64,000 bases of DNA. It comes from Mytilus trossulus. Taxonomy: Eukaryota. The translations under genes and the position numbers were made by a program. The notes below the pieces were generated by a model that was not told the origin of the DNA, made no database searches, and worked only from the letters and a program-made list of their open reading frames with translations. Shown in pieces: positions 1 through 14,861 of the stretch (the first letter of the stretch is position 1; the number at the start of each line of letters is the position of its first letter). The stretch is taken from the NCBI RefSeq assembly GCF_036588685.1, contig NC_086385.1:49127216-49191215 (forward strand). Reading direction: 5' to 3'.

Positions 1-1699
1 AATTGTATTACCGATATTCAACACAATCAAACTAAGTTCATAGTGATATGCAATATCGTTAGAAATTGACGTTTGAATTGCTTCCGTGTGTTAATTAAGA
101 TTCAAATAAATTAATACTTCAAAACTCATCCTTTGTTAGTAACGTTGTGTTGTTAATTAAATGCATGTTTTGCATTCGTTTCACTAGTTTATACATTAAA
201 ACTATATAATGATTAATGCTCTATTACAATGACGTACTAGCTGAGAACATTGATTCGTTAGAAATCTACACTTCTTAATTATATCAAAATCATATAGATT
301 TAAATTCTGCTCATCACGATTGCTGACAAGAAAGTCGAACTTAACATGTAGTACTGATAAAACAGCAGACATGCTATGACAGCAATGTTTGTTTTCGTTA
401 TTACATTGGGTATCATTTTCAATGAAAATCATTAAGATCACTGTACTTGATTATGCATAGTAATAGAATTCAAATCAAATAAAATGGAATTGAAAAAATA
501 AGGTAAGATACTATGCCTGTGATGTTAAGCAGACGACAACGGTGTAGTCAGGAGTCTGGTAATCACTGGTTATCATTTGTTGCCGGATATCATATTTGTC
601 ATTCGTTTATTATTTAAGCATAACTATTTGTTGGTGTCCCTTTTCGAATTATTTTAACCGTTTTTTTTTTTATATATGATAGGGCTTTTACACAGCTAAT
701 TCTACCTTTTTATTATCAAAGCATAACTGTGACCTAAATTTTCTTACATTTACAGCATTTAGTCAATTGCTTCAAATTTAATTTATTTTTACATGCAAAA
801 AGTTTATCAGACAAATATTGACAACAACACAATTATTAAGTCAATAACTGTAGAAAAAAAATCATTTGTTTATTCAGACCTGCAATTATTGAAATATCGT
901 GTTATTGATTGCTGAGTAAATAAATCAAATGACATTTATAACAGCCAACACCATACAAATACTATTCAAGTTAAATAGATCGGGGTTATAAATAGAAAAT
1001 AAAGCGGTGTGTACATTTTGGTATTTCATTCAAACAACAAAAAAGGCTCCAAAAAGTAGTAATCATCAATAAGGATGATGTTTGTATAAGTCAATGAGAC
1101 TTTTCCTCAAAGACATGATTTGCTACTTATAAAGATCTACATAACTTTGAGATCAAGTAAATTGGAAGCACATAAAACAAAAAATACAATGTTTGTTCGT
1201 GTCTCCGGACTTCAAAACACGATATCACCGATTAAATTATCAAACAAAAGAAACACATTGTAAGAACAATGAAAATGTTCGATTTGGGAAACAAGGATAA
1301 CTCTTAAAAAGAAAGGTTAAGATTGGTTTAACATTGTTTTAATGAAGGTTGCGTTTTGTGATCTTTAGAAAACAAATGTTACATCACAACAATACTAGAC
1401 TCCGATTAAATTCGAAACGGAAAGTCTCTTATCAAATGGTAAAATCAAAAGCTCAAACACATAAAGGAATGAACAACAAATATCATTTCTCAGACGACTT
1501 GGTACATAATTTTCTTATATAGCAAATTGTGGATTAACGCCAACCTGGTTTAATAGCTATAAAATGTAGCTGTTGCATTTAACAATTTATTCAGTATATC
1601 AAAAAAAGATTGAATCGTGTGAAAACTCACAATGATATGATTATGTTAGTCTTTCATCAGTAATAAATATCAACACGGTGTCCTCCTATCAATCTATTG

Positions 1700-2420
1700 G
1701 ACTGCAATCTTCTATCTTTCTTGTTTCAATCATTAGTTTAATGGACGAACATGTGATGTTCTAGATAATCCCTTTGAACTGGAATCCTAATAAGTTTCAA
1801 TCAAGACGTCTGTCTTTGAATCGAAGACATATATCCGTATTACAAGAATAGCATTTCTTAAGTATTATTGTCAGTAATGTTTTCTTTGTTTTCCTGATAT
1901 ATCGATATGCGTATCTTACGATTAATATGTTCTGATGGTAAAATATCCTGGACAAGTATTGTGGTTGTTGTTTGGGTTTTTTTTAATATCAAAATCGTAT
2001 AATGGAAATCTGCGAAAATGAAAACAATATGCTATATAAATGTCATGTGTCCGACGCGATGTCCTGGATCTACCTTCATTAGAAATGATTGAATCCAAAT
2101 AAATTGAAGCCAACCATTTAAAAGAACTGAAACAACTGAAGAGGTGCGGTTATATGACCAAAACTAACCTGATAAAAAGCCAAATCAATCTAAGGCCAAC
2201 TTTGCCTAAGGGATTTGAAAAACTGAGTTTAATGGTTTCAACAATGTATACAAATTATAATCGAATAAGGAATTTTTCGATAAAAATTGTATTAACAGTT
2301 CTAAGGTTCAGTATTGTTCAGACCTAGTGCAAAATGAAAAAAATATACAACACAAAGGTGCAAACTTACATTTAAACTTAAACATATTGAAAGCATTATC
2401 TTGTACTTGTTCATAAAGCA
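1700..2420 (-). pseudogene. Possible decayed Toll-like receptor (TM plus TIR) pseudogene fragment
   Basis: One minus frame reads LIWLFIRLVLVI*...FKWLASIYL...THDIYIAYC; shifted frames then give QDILPSEHI and KTKKTLLTII. Judged by eye only. Confidence 0.3.
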
Positions 2421-5400
2421 CAACGCACCATTTCATTTAATTAATAATATTCTGAAATAATATAATTCATCTTTAAGATCCAGGTTCTAATGTATTTAGT
2501 TTTATTGTTTTCTGTAAAAGAACTATCCTCATTTGTTTACCAAAGCTTCTTTTATAAAGTAGTATTTCTTTTACTAATTGCTTAGTAGACCTTGCGACAT
2601 AATGACAGCGTAAATGTGTTGCGTGATGTTGATCAACGTTTGAGTTTATCTAATGGTAGTTCGTAAATGTTTTAACTTAGTGCATTTTGTTTTTAAATTT
2701 CAAATGCTAGTAATAGTGTAAAAGAATAAACCCTTTATATATTTGTACCTTAAAATTAAGTAATTAAATCAAATACATCGCAGCTCCTTCTGATTTGGTT
2801 AGTTCAAAAATAATTACTGAACAAAACATGTGTTTTGTCAAGTATTCAATGAATCATTTGTAATCAAAGTATTGCACTTTTGAATCGTTTGGTAGTGCTC
2901 TCCAATGGTAAACAGTACACGCAACATAAACAATTTCACTTTGGTTATAACACAACTTATTACAGGGTAAACGACAAAAAAAGTATTCGAGATAACTTTT
3001 TGTGTTTTCTTCTTTGTGGTTTTATAACATTATGTCTGAAATTTTGCAATAATTGATAATATGCTAATATAACTGATAACTTCATTGCCATCAAAATAAA
3101 TCAAATTAATGTCTAATTCTCATTCTTTGATCAGATAAAAATATTGCGATTTTCTTCTGCAAATTCTTTATCTTTATTAATTCCTTCTTTGTGTCAAAAC
3201 ATCCATAGTCCTCAGGAGAGGATTTTATTTCTTTTGTATCTGACGTAACACGTGACATTAAAGCTCTGTACATGTGACATTAAAGCTTGGGTCTGTCTTT
3301 GGATTTCTATTCATTCAAGTTTTCACTTCATCTCTTAGAAGAATTAATTGAGGTTTAGGCAAATTAATTCATTGGGTTTATCTATACAGCTGATGTTACA
3401 TCCGTTGTTTTCTCTTTCCTTACTGAAGTGTTGGTACGCCTTCGCAAGAAACCATTCAAGTATTCATTGAAAGTTGGTAATCCACGTCGATGTTATTAAG
3501 TCACTCAGTGATATGACAATGATAATTCAAACGAGCTTTATTTAGACGTATTTGTTAGTATTGTCGAGAATATCCTTCTTTTTTTTAAATCTAGGTAGGT
3601 TATTAAGGGTTGAGTAGTATTCGTGTATTATATTCAAACGTTTAGTCATAATACGTATAACATTGGGAATAAATTAATTATGTATATTTGTTTGTCCGAT
3701 GACTTATTTCCATTTTTTCCGTAAATATTAGAATAGTTTAAACAAATAGTTTAATCGTCATCCTTCCCTTAGGAAATAAAAAACCTTAGTTTTAGTACTG
3801 TTTCATGTTTAAGTACAATTTACAATCATTTTGTTAATGTATCTTTTATGTCAAAAGCGTCGACAATTGCGTTAATTATTAGTTATAACTGAAACTAACA
3901 TTGTGATGCAATCGTGTATTATTGTCAATTGAACGACAGTTTTATTTCAGAAGTCATCCTTGAATCATTATGGCGGTTATTGTAGTCTGGTATATTCAGT
4001 AAATGAAAAGGACTCTATTGATTTATGCTCCAAGCAGGATGTTTTGAACGGTCAACTTGCGTTTTTTTTTAAAGTCAATTAGTAAAATCACAATTATATC
4101 ATTTCAATATCTAAATAATGCGCATATAAAATATTTATGGTTACTGATAAAATTATTCATGTGGTATATGTCGAGGAGAAATCAGTCGAACGTCAAAATA
4201 AAAACAAATGACAACCAGGTTGATTTATATTCACCAACAATTATTAACACACTTTGTCAATTTTCAAATCGTCAATTTGCGTATTGGGGAGTTTTGCTAC
4301 TCAATAGTATTCGGATTTTGTAAGATTTGCGGTGCCTTTAAATTTTTTAACACATTTTTTCTCTATATATTTTCATTCCATATATTTTAATAACTAAGCC
4401 ATTTTTCAAAATCTTATAATATCATTTTTCTTTTTTTTTTATTGTTGTTTTACCAAAGACAGTGGGAAATGTTAAATGATTGAAAAGTCTAGAGAAATTG
4501 TTTCCCATCAAATTTTTAATGGCGTATTTTTCAGCTGTTTTAGTTTCTTTATTCAGGTTCCATCTATTCATAACAGTAATTTGAAGTCCTTGTTATTTTC
4601 AAACTGAGTAGCGAACCTCCTTAATAGGTTATAAACTTATATGTTTTCTCTTTTCTCTTTTTTTTTTTGAAATCGGTTTGAAAATTCTTCTTTTCTCAAT
4701 CATAGTTCCTAGTAATTGTATAACCATATCACTGTATCGGACATTCGAGCATTTGAAGGGTTTTTTTATATTGACAAGTTAAAGTTTTTAATCAATTCTG
4801 TTGTTGATTTATTTTCAAGATTATAGTAGTATTACTTAAGTACTTCCGCAAACCGATTATATCAAACATTAAAAACGAGATTGGCTCGGGTTTTTATATC
4901 TATTTTCAAACTTCCGGTTTATTAATGATTTAAGGGCAACATTATAGTATTGATGACAACCTTAAATGTACTTTTTTTCTTTGAATCATTATGACAAAGG
5001 CTTTAGTCAGTGTTAACAAAAAAACACCCCGTATACTATTACTAATCCTTTGTAATTTATCAAAGGAAAAACTTATACAATGAAATTAGTTTTTATAGAT
5101 GTGCAATGATTTGATTCATTCATGTTAAATAATTTATTCTGAGTGTGTCAAATGACTAAACATTTACTGGAGTTGTGTTTTAGTGAATTCAACTTTGTAA
5201 TGTTTTTTTTTTCTTCTTCTGTTTTGTGTTTTCTTCCTTTTTATTTGTTTTTCTATTTCTTTAGTTGTGTTCTGTTGTTCCGTCTTTTTTTAAGAGATTT
5301 GGAAGTGTGTGTTATGTAAAGACATTTTCCGAGGAAAATGGTGGGTAAATAATAGTGTCAATACTAGCTTAACATTATGTTTTCGTAATTGGTCCAATAA

Positions 5401-6496
5401 ATTAATTGCCATCAATGTTAAGACACCAGAAAGTCATGTCTTAAATCAATGTCTACATTTATAACCAACTATCAATTTCATCTCAATTGTAGAGCATACA
5501 TTTCATACTTTGCCACTGCTGGTGGAGATTTATTTTCCGAGGGTATCACCAGCCCAGTAGTCAGCACTGTTTGTGCTTACATGAATTATCATTGATATGG
5601 TTATATTTATAAATTAACTATTTAAAAAATTAAAAATTTTTGAAAACTAATGCTTTTCTACCTCAGGCATAGATTAACTTAGCTGAATTTGGCAAAACTT
5701 TTAGGAATTTTGGTCCTCAATGCTCTTCAACTTGGTACTTTATTTGGTCTTCTTAACTTTTTTTAATACGAGCGTCCCTGATGAGTCTTTTGTAGACAAA
5801 ACGGGCGTCTGGCGTATATAAAAAATCTAGTCCTGGTATCTATGATGAGTTTATATATAGACAAATTGAAAAAAGTGTCATCATACTTTGTTATTGATGA
5901 CTTCAATTTAGGATCTTGTTTTTGATACAGAATATTATGATACAATGATAAGCAAGCTAAAACGCAACCGATCTTTGTTAAACTGTATCTTTGATTTTTC
6001 TCGGAGTTTAGTATTTTTGTATTTTTTACTTTTGCATGTTAAAAAAAATAAAGCAAATGAGCTTTCAACTGATGTGAAAAGTATATTGTCAGTAGTTCTT
6101 TCTTTGTTTCGAATCGAGGTTGATCTGCGTTGTATTTAACTGTCTATACTATCATAAGCTGGACATCAATTTAGAGGGCAATGGCATCAATTTAAAGGTC
6201 ATGCAATGACATAACTGAATAAGAACTTCCTTAATGATTGTATAGTGTATGTTGATTTCACCTTTAAAGAAAAATAATTCATTCATGTTTAATACGTAAT
6301 AAATTAATTAGCTATTGAACATGTTGAATGAGGCTCGTTGATTGCGTTTACTTGGTATGTGTTTGATAAACACTCAACTATCAGTATATTTAGATTAGAC
6401 TGTTAACAATTCAGAGATCGAAATATTTATTGTTGAACACTGTTTGTCCCCTTTTTCATTACCTATAACGCAATATTTTTTAAATGACGAACCCCG

Positions 6497-6863
6497 TACC
6501 GCCGATTTCATTCAGTTAGTTCAAACATATTTATTTATAGTGGATTGGGAAACAAGTTTTGCTACTTATAGAAATCCCTTTCCACTTTGCGGGTGCGAGT
6601 TCTTTCATTCAGTGTGAAGCCAAATGTAATATCTTTGGTTAGGTTGCTTGTTAGCTGTTCCGTGAAGTCATTGTTAGGTCAGGTAAACTACCCCTCATTA
6701 GAGTAGACTAGTCCAGTAGATTACCAATCTATTTTTCTGTTGGACTAGGCTACATCGAAAGGAGTGTAGTATACCGGACCTTATAATGAAATCACGGTTC
6801 AGCTAACAAGCACGCTAACCAAAGATATTACCCTTGTGTACACATTCAATGAAATCGGCTGTA
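6497..6863. mobile_element. Foldback MITE with long inverted arms
   Basis: TACCGCCGATTTCATT ... AATGAAATCGGCTGTA termini; inner arms TAATATCTTTGGTTAG..GCTTGTTAGCTG / CAGCTAACAAGC..CTAACCAAAGATATTA. Confidence 0.8.
6517..6602 (-). mobile_element. 86-bp insertion with 11-bp target-site duplication, likely the 3' end of a 5'-truncated retroposon
   Basis: TTTCATTCAGT at 6506-6516 and 6603-6613; interrupts the MITE left arm. Confidence 0.7.
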
Positions 6864-9800
6864 AAAGATTTCAACTAATGCGTTCCGAAAGTGTAGTCTT
6901 GTCGCTTTTTAATTGGAAGTTTCTTATAATTAAAATTTACATTTAATTTTTTTGCATAATGAAAATAGAACTTCTTGATTAGACGTTAATACGTTTTCTG
7001 TTGTTTCCTGTTATCCGTTAAAACACTTTCAAATGAGGAAATGGTTTCTTTCATTGGTTTTCTTATTTTCGTCGAGTTTAAATAATAGCAATCGCTTTAC
7101 GGGATTTTTGTACATTAACCTAAATGCTGTCGTGGAATACCAATACATCAGTATATGTCCGCAGCAAATAGCTTCATGTCAAAATCATTGTTGAAATATT
7201 AGAAACGTAGAGATTAATATCGGATTAGTTACTGATATGTTGAATTTATTTCAATAATCGTGTACTTTAATAGTGAAATGATTACAGTTGCTACTCGTGA
7301 GATAATATGCAAACAGAAGTAGCTTTACTTGGATTCAAATAGTGATGTTCTTAAATGTTGAATGCAGTTTTTTTCTATATTTGATAGGTTGTTAGTGGTT
7401 TAAAATTGATGCATAAACATCAGTTTTAAAGCTTATTTGTTTTGATTTGTGTCTTTGTAATGATTTTATAATATTTAAAAATCGATGTATCTCATGTATG
7501 TATTGTCTCATGTCAACTTTAAGAATTAAATTGCGGTTAAGAATATTTAACTTACCACAATTTTTTAGTATATACCAAAGATACGAAAGATACCAGAGAC
7601 CTTTAAATTCAAAAATCAAAAACAGATTGAAAATGCCATTAAAAAATCACCAGATAACAGAATGCAAACAACACAATAAAAAACAAATTACAAATTGAAA
7701 ATCACAATATGGAAAACTAAAGTCTACATAATTCGAACCCATTGAAATATGGGGTGAAGATAGTGTAAGTAAATCTATAACGTTTTTTGTAAACTTGATA
7801 TCTGTTTAAGTGCACATTCATTGAATCCATGATATAAAGAAAAAGATTACAATGCATATTTGTAACTGTATTTATGGTGGGTTTTATCAAATGAGGAATT
7901 TATTAACTACAATTTAAATAGTCACGACGGGTATTACATTAAGAGTATGATCGACTTACCTTTTCGGTTCAACTGTTAACAATCACGTTTTATTTATTGT
8001 GTTCGCATTGTTCCGTCTTTCGTTTGTAAATGTGTGTCTTGTACGTAATGTAGATTCCCACTTTGCCCTATCCTTTGATATCTTTTCTCTCTCAAAGAGA
8101 AGTAGAAAACAGCATCAAAGGAATGACTGTAATATGTTTTCGATCTATGAAGAAATAACATAAACATGTGGTGCACACTGAATAACCCGCGTAACGTGTT
8201 ATTTTTAAGTATGGTCTACATTGTTTATGTTATTTCTAATAGACAGAAAAACTATTAAAGTCATTTTTTATAACTTAATCAAAGGAGTAAATAATAATGG
8301 AAACGTTGAAGTCGCAGTCACATGATAATGTCTATGAGCTGATAGACAGAACACTTTCAGCCAATCAGAAGATGTGTTACATTAAGAATTAAATCATATT
8401 AAAGTAGAGAGAAGATATGGAAACAATCAAAATACAATAGAATTCCTTACTGCAACTTACAAATTGAACAATTCAATTCCAGAAGAAAAAAAACGTTGTG
8501 GCGGGAAAAATCTAAAAACTGCACAACATTCTGCGTGCATTTACACAGATCAATTCTAACTTTGGGTAGCGTGACTTTTACCGTTTTAGTGTTATGCTCC
8601 TTCATAAATGGAATAATTGAATTTAATAAAACGACATGTTTCGGTTTTGGTAAAAGCGGTCTTGCAAATAAGTTGATTTCCTTTTTGAAAGCTCTCATAT
8701 TCCATATCGATTGTTCAGTGCCATCTTCAAAGATAGTGGAAGACATCCGACCTACTTTTAGCTATTGTATTGATGTTTTTGTGCTCTCAAGGCCTTTTAA
8801 TGTTTCTTTTTCTGATATGATTTTGCTTATTGTTGAGGGCTGCACAGTAACCCGTTAACCCGTGATGGTCAATATTCATATCCTGTGTTTTTTAATGGAT
8901 TATTGTTTGATTGGCAATCGTAAAACACTTCCAATATCCCTTGCATTGTGTGTGCATTCCATTACGTATGTGACATTCAATTGATCGTTACAGATAAAGG
9001 TCAAGGATGACATTTAATAGTTTTATGTTCTTGGAAGAGGAAGTCAGACTGACATTTGATTTTTTTCCAGATATTCCATCTATGACTTTGAAAGCATGAT
9101 AAAACAAATTGTTGGAAAATAAATAATTGTTTATCTCAGAATAAGGCCATGTATCGTAGAAAACATATCGGAAAATCTAGATACCTCCCGGGTAGACTTA
9201 TAATACTTTCCTTTCTCTCCGATAAACTTTACATTGTCACCTCTATTCGTGCCATTTTCATATCATTTTGCAGGAACGTCTTTTATACGGGATACTTATT
9301 TATTTACCCTGGCCGAAATACTAAATTTTAATCCTGGTATCTGTGATGATTTTATTTAGATGATGAAATTAATTGGCAAACATTGGATTGTCTAATATTG
9401 ACTAATGGTTTTTTTCTTGCATAGTCTTCATGGTTTAAATTTAATAATTGATCGATCAAACATGTCTAGTACAGTTATTTCTGAAGAAGTTTAAAGATAT
9501 TAATTTCAAAGCAGTTTTGAAAAGTGACAGTCCTTTAAATAACTCAAATGCAGTTATGCGTGAATATTAGTTATTGAAAGCATTACGTTTCATTTTAATT
9601 TCATTTCTTGATTTTGATTATTTCAAGTAAGGCATATATGCATATATACATGTATATATAGGGTGAAAAAAGAGAACATTCAGAATTTAACCAAATTTGT
9701 TTTATCTCACAGATTTAACTCTGTACGTTAAAATATCCCGTCAGTATGATATTGTTCTATTATATGTCATTATGATATATTTCTATTATGAATTTCTATA

Positions 9801-11829
9801 TACGTTGAACCATAAACGGCAAAATTATTCAATCGCGTAGTGGAATCAACTTTTTTTTTATTCTTATAAATTCTATATATGACTTTTTGACTAGTTTAAA
9901 TCTCGGTCTATTCCTGAAATTTATTCTTACATACTTTTGATATTTTAACCCTGTATGCTAACATTCCTTGTGTAAATTTTGAAATTGGTTGTAGGCACAT
10001 TGAACGACAAATTTATGTGACGTTTTAAAAAATAATTCTGACGTCAGACACTCAAACCAATCAATGTATTCGTAGACAGTAGATGTTTTTGTGTTCTGTT
10101 AAATTGTTCCTTTTAAAGTTGTTATCCGATGATGACTGATGTACCCATATTTTGACTATTTTATTGTTTATTTAACGCATCAATGTAAATATAACGGAAC
10201 TTGATAAGACTGTCATTAAAGTGAGAGGGTTAGCGCTATAGAACAAGGTTTAATCCACCATTTTCTACATACGAAAAGTCAGGAATATGACAGTGTTTGT
10301 CCTTTCGTTTTTGATGCGTTTTGTTTTTTGATTTTGCCATGTGATTATTAACTTTCCGAATTGATTTTCCTCTAAGTTCAGTATTTTTGTGATTTTAATT
10401 TTTATCTCACAGATTTTAAAGAAATTAACTCAAATATGAAGTTTTATAAATATTTCATGAATAATGATAGAATCCTGATTAGATATGATGACTCAGCAGA
10501 AATTCACAGTTTACAGTATACATAGGTTACTTTATTTCTCAATACAAAACTAATTCATAATATTTGCATATTTGTAAGTTAAAATGTTAAGAATTGCTTA
10601 TATGTACTGTTCGCAGTCATTGAAACTCATCGATCGTTCCTGAATTTTATTCATGGGGTATTTGTGTCCTGTCGATAACCCCAAAATAAGCCGTAACACC
10701 TAAATCTACTTTTTTATCAACACGGCATAAAAAATGCAAGCTAGAAATACAAAAATATTTCAACAAAACTTACATTAGCATGTTCTATCCTGAATATGTA
10801 CTAAATATTCAAAATTGCTAGAAACAGCAGAATAATTTAGGAAATTTGAGTCTCAAGGGGCAAAAAACATACAAAATTGCATACCTCCTTGGTCATAAAA
10901 CAGTTATTTTAACTTGTAAATGCTATGATTCTATGACTTTTTTAAGTTCTTGATATAGAAGACAATAACAATGCTTGGAAGTTAGGCAAAAATCAGATGT
11001 AAGCAGTCATCTCTATAACATTCTAAATCAATTTATATCTCAGACTGGTATCTGCATACATACAGCTATTGCAAATATGGATTTGTTTGAACACTTCTAG
11101 TATATCCATTAGGTAAATTGTGTCAGATATATGGTACAGATGATACTGTTGTGACAAGAATTCTAAATTGACCATTTGAGGTAGAAAATGAGAACTTTAA
11201 TTGACAAATAAGCATAAAGTTAGATGTGAACTGGAGACAGAGGCAGGATTGGATATTTTATATATTCTTGAATGTATTAATGATAGACTGCTAAACATAA
11301 CACTTATAGTATTCTGATATGCTTTCAAAATGTTATCAAAACAGTTTTAAACAGGTTTTAGGCATTTTATATCAGAAAATATGCAAATAGGGTAAGCTGG
11401 CAATAATTAAAGTCTTGTTTTTAAATTCTTTTAAAAAATGAAACAGGAGAGGGGTAAAAAATGTTCAGTAAAAAACCTTCTGAGTATACACAGTGATTTC
11501 TGTCGGGCTATAATTCTAAAAAGTGAGTACTAATGTGAGAAAAACTGATTAAAGAAAGTTTTCTATTTGAATAAATAAATGTATAGATATATTTGTATTT
11601 CCTTCTGAAAATTCGAGCACAATTTTTAACATGTCAATACATTAGACGTTAGATGATAGCATATATATTTGCATGTGTACTCATACAAAATAAGTATAAA
11701 GACAAAAAATGAATCACTAAATATGCAAATGACAGATTATGGTTTATCCAATGGCATGAATTTGTAAAAGAAATTCAAAATTAATCATTCTGAAAAATCT
11801 AAAAGGGAAATTGTTAAACTGTCAAGCTG

Positions 11830-12008
11830 TTCACTTCAACTTAAGTACATCCGTACTTGCTAGTTCACTTCAACTTAAGTACATCCGTACTTGCTAGTAC
11901 ACTTCAACTTAAGTGCATCCATACTTGCTAGTACACTTCAACTTAAGTGCATCCATATTTGCTAGTACACTTCAACTGAAGTACATCCGTACTTGCTAGT
12001 ACACTTCA
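11830..12008. repeat. 34-bp minisatellite, 5 full copies plus a partial one
   Basis: T(T/A)CACTTCAACTTAAGT(A/G)CATCC(G/A)TACTTGCTAG at 11830, 11864, 11898, 11932, 11966. Confidence 0.95.
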
Positions 12009-12687
12009 CCTATAGACAATGGTGGGGTTACATAATAATTTATACAAACAGATCCTGTCAGAACTTTTTAATTCAATTCTATGTTAGCAGCTGTGTGATA
12101 TTCATAAACGAATTTCCCTTTTGTAATTTTCGAAAAATAAAGCTGTGATTCAAAAATTAATGCCAGTTCTCAAAAGACAACAAAGTCAGATTAAATCATT
12201 CAAACCATCATCAAATCTTCATGTTTACCCTTTCTAAATCAACACTCATAATACATCATGAGTTATCTATTTCAAATACTGGAGGCCAAAGTTCTTTGTG
12301 AATAGTTCTTGTGAGAATTTATATATTGTATATAGATGTGGACTTGAAATAAAGTACTAAAGAGACAAGAAAATTTACATGTACAGCTGTAGATCGAATG
12401 CCAACAATACCACATCTACGTGTTGTTTTTTCAATATGTGTCGATATAAATAACATTGATTTCTTTTCACGTATTGTACTGACCATCCATAACTGACATT
12501 CGATATAATTTATCAAAAAAATTATTGCGCTACAATTAGTTTAGTTTTTATCCTGAATCACGTTTTATGTTATACGCAAAATCTACACAGATGTGGTATT
12601 TTGTTGTAAAATAAAGCACATTCATATGTGATATGTGAATGGGAAAAACCTTTATTTTTACTTTTAACACTAAGCAAAAACGCAGTA

Positions 12688-13774
12688 CAGTGACACCTGG
12701 GTAAACCAAATTTTAGTTTAAACCGAACAATTTTCAAAGTCCAAAAACAATTCCCTGTAAATTAACATTAATCTAACCTTGACAAACCGACCCCTGTCAA
12801 CACCAAATTCGGAACGCGTTTTGAAGGCTCGTTAGAAAATTGGTATTTAAAAATTACCTCTCAAAATTGATCAATAGCAATCAAACCAAACAAGTATTTT
12901 TAATTATTTGCATGATTTAGTTAAACAAACACCAGATGACAGAATACATTAATTTAACTGACGAGTTGATATTACAAATTAATTAGAATGTCTGTGTCTT
13001 TGTATGAAGTGTTTTTTGTTGTCAAGACACATTGAACTTTTCAGCTACCCTAATCGCCGATAACGACAAAAAAGAAAATTCCCCTCAGATCAATTAAATG
13101 CACGTTACTTTAATAACTTCGACCACAAAATCGTAACTGCCATTCTGAAGCTAAACCGTTTAATTAAATAATAGTTTTATAGCCTTTACTGGATTAATAA
13201 GTCGTGCAACACAACAAGGTAATGGCTTCCGATTGCCGGATACCTTTTAGAGGCCCTTAATATTTGTATCGGATGCTCCCGAAGACTTCCTTTAGCTATT
13301 TAGCAACGATAAAGTCCGAGAATAAACTGGACGCCTGCTGTTGTTTTACTCTTATTCTGTTGCGAAGTATCAATCAGCAGGTAGCTAGTTTAGTACGATA
13401 ACTCGTGTGTACAATGACTATCTTCATTCAACTACGGAATCGTCATTTGACAGTGACTGGGAACCTGAACTGGTCAGGGAATTAACGATTGAGAAAATAA
13501 AAAGAAAAAGAAAACTCGCAGAGAAAAAAAAGTGGCGTTTGATTTATTAACAAAAATGTAGCAATACGTCTATCTTCATCTACTTATATTTTTACATTTA
13601 CATCTAAATCAACATACAAAAAAGGTCGTCTGTTGAGTCATCTGTTGTCCCTTGTCAGAAACTGCCAAAATTATTTTTGGTGTCGACTTCCGTTTACCTC
13701 TGCAATCCGAACACCTGTGAAAACCGAACAAAACGCAAAGTCCCGTGGGTGCTCGGTTTGGACAGGTTTCACTG
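12688..13774. mobile_element. Non-autonomous Tc1/mariner (pogo-like) DNA transposon
   Basis: TA|CAGTGACACCTGGGTAAACC ... GGTTTGGACAGGTTTCACTG|TA; no transposase ORF. Confidence 0.7.
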
Positions 13775-14861
13775 TATAAGCAAATTGAATCGAATCCTGA
13801 TATTGGAAAGTGACTGATGGTAGCTTTTGCATTCCAGATTGATAAAGCCCTTTTATATGTTATGCTTAACATATAAATTGGTTCTGTCACCGCTAAAGCT
13901 ATAACAAAGGGCTTAATATATCTTCTTAATGTCATTTTGTCCGGGGAAACGATTAAGGAAAAGAATTTCAAATGTCACCATGAATTTAAGCCAATAAACT
14001 TGTTGAATTGTCACCTATAACGAACAAATAAACTTGTTACTTTATCGTTATTAATTAACTTCGTACAATTGACATTGACCCAAATCCATTCAAATGTCCC
14101 TCAAATAAAGGAGACTACTTGATTATAAGTGCACAAGTAATGGGCAATCAATGTGTGTGTATCGTTGATAAGGTTTTTGATCTGTAAATTGCCGTTCATA
14201 AAACGTATACATCGTTGGTAACATAAGTAAAGGAGATTTTGAATTATTGTATGTGAGACAATCTTCACCAGTAAAAATTTAGCACATGATGTGAACAAGT
14301 AAATGACATCGTTTGGCCTTAAACAATACAAGTAATTTATATCTTGTAGAAACCTTTTGAAGAAATCGGCATGATGAATTGTAATTCAGTTCAACAGAGA
14401 AAATCAAAGACTTTATTTATCATGTTATGATGAAAAAAATAAACACCAATTGTTAACCCAAGGCATACATGGTCATTACAAGATTTGAAAGTATCCCTTA
14501 ATTTAAACTTTCAATATCATGAATAGCACTTTAAAATAAATTGTTCATTTTTTTAAAATGACGTCGGCAATTTTTTCTGCAATAGAAAAAAGTATAACCA
14601 CTGAACTTCGTGGAAAATTCAAAACGGAAAGTTCCTAATCAATTGGAAAATTCAAACGATAAAACATTCAAAAAATGTCATATAGAACAGTTTTTGACAG
14701 TTGAAGTCTTAATCGTCTTTGGACTGTACAATCATATGTCTGGCTCTGGCAGTTCTACACTTTTTACAATTCTTATAGTTCTACTATGGAACATATCCCA
14801 ACATCGCAATCACAGTATTAACTTTTCAACATATTTATGCCAGATTTTTTGGGAAAGTCAG

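Noticed and set aside
11830-12008. 34-bp palindromic repeat as a CRISPR array
   Set aside because: Head-to-tail copies with no spacers.
12688-13774. Autonomous transposon
   Set aside because: No transposase ORF or DDE-like remnant visible between the termini.
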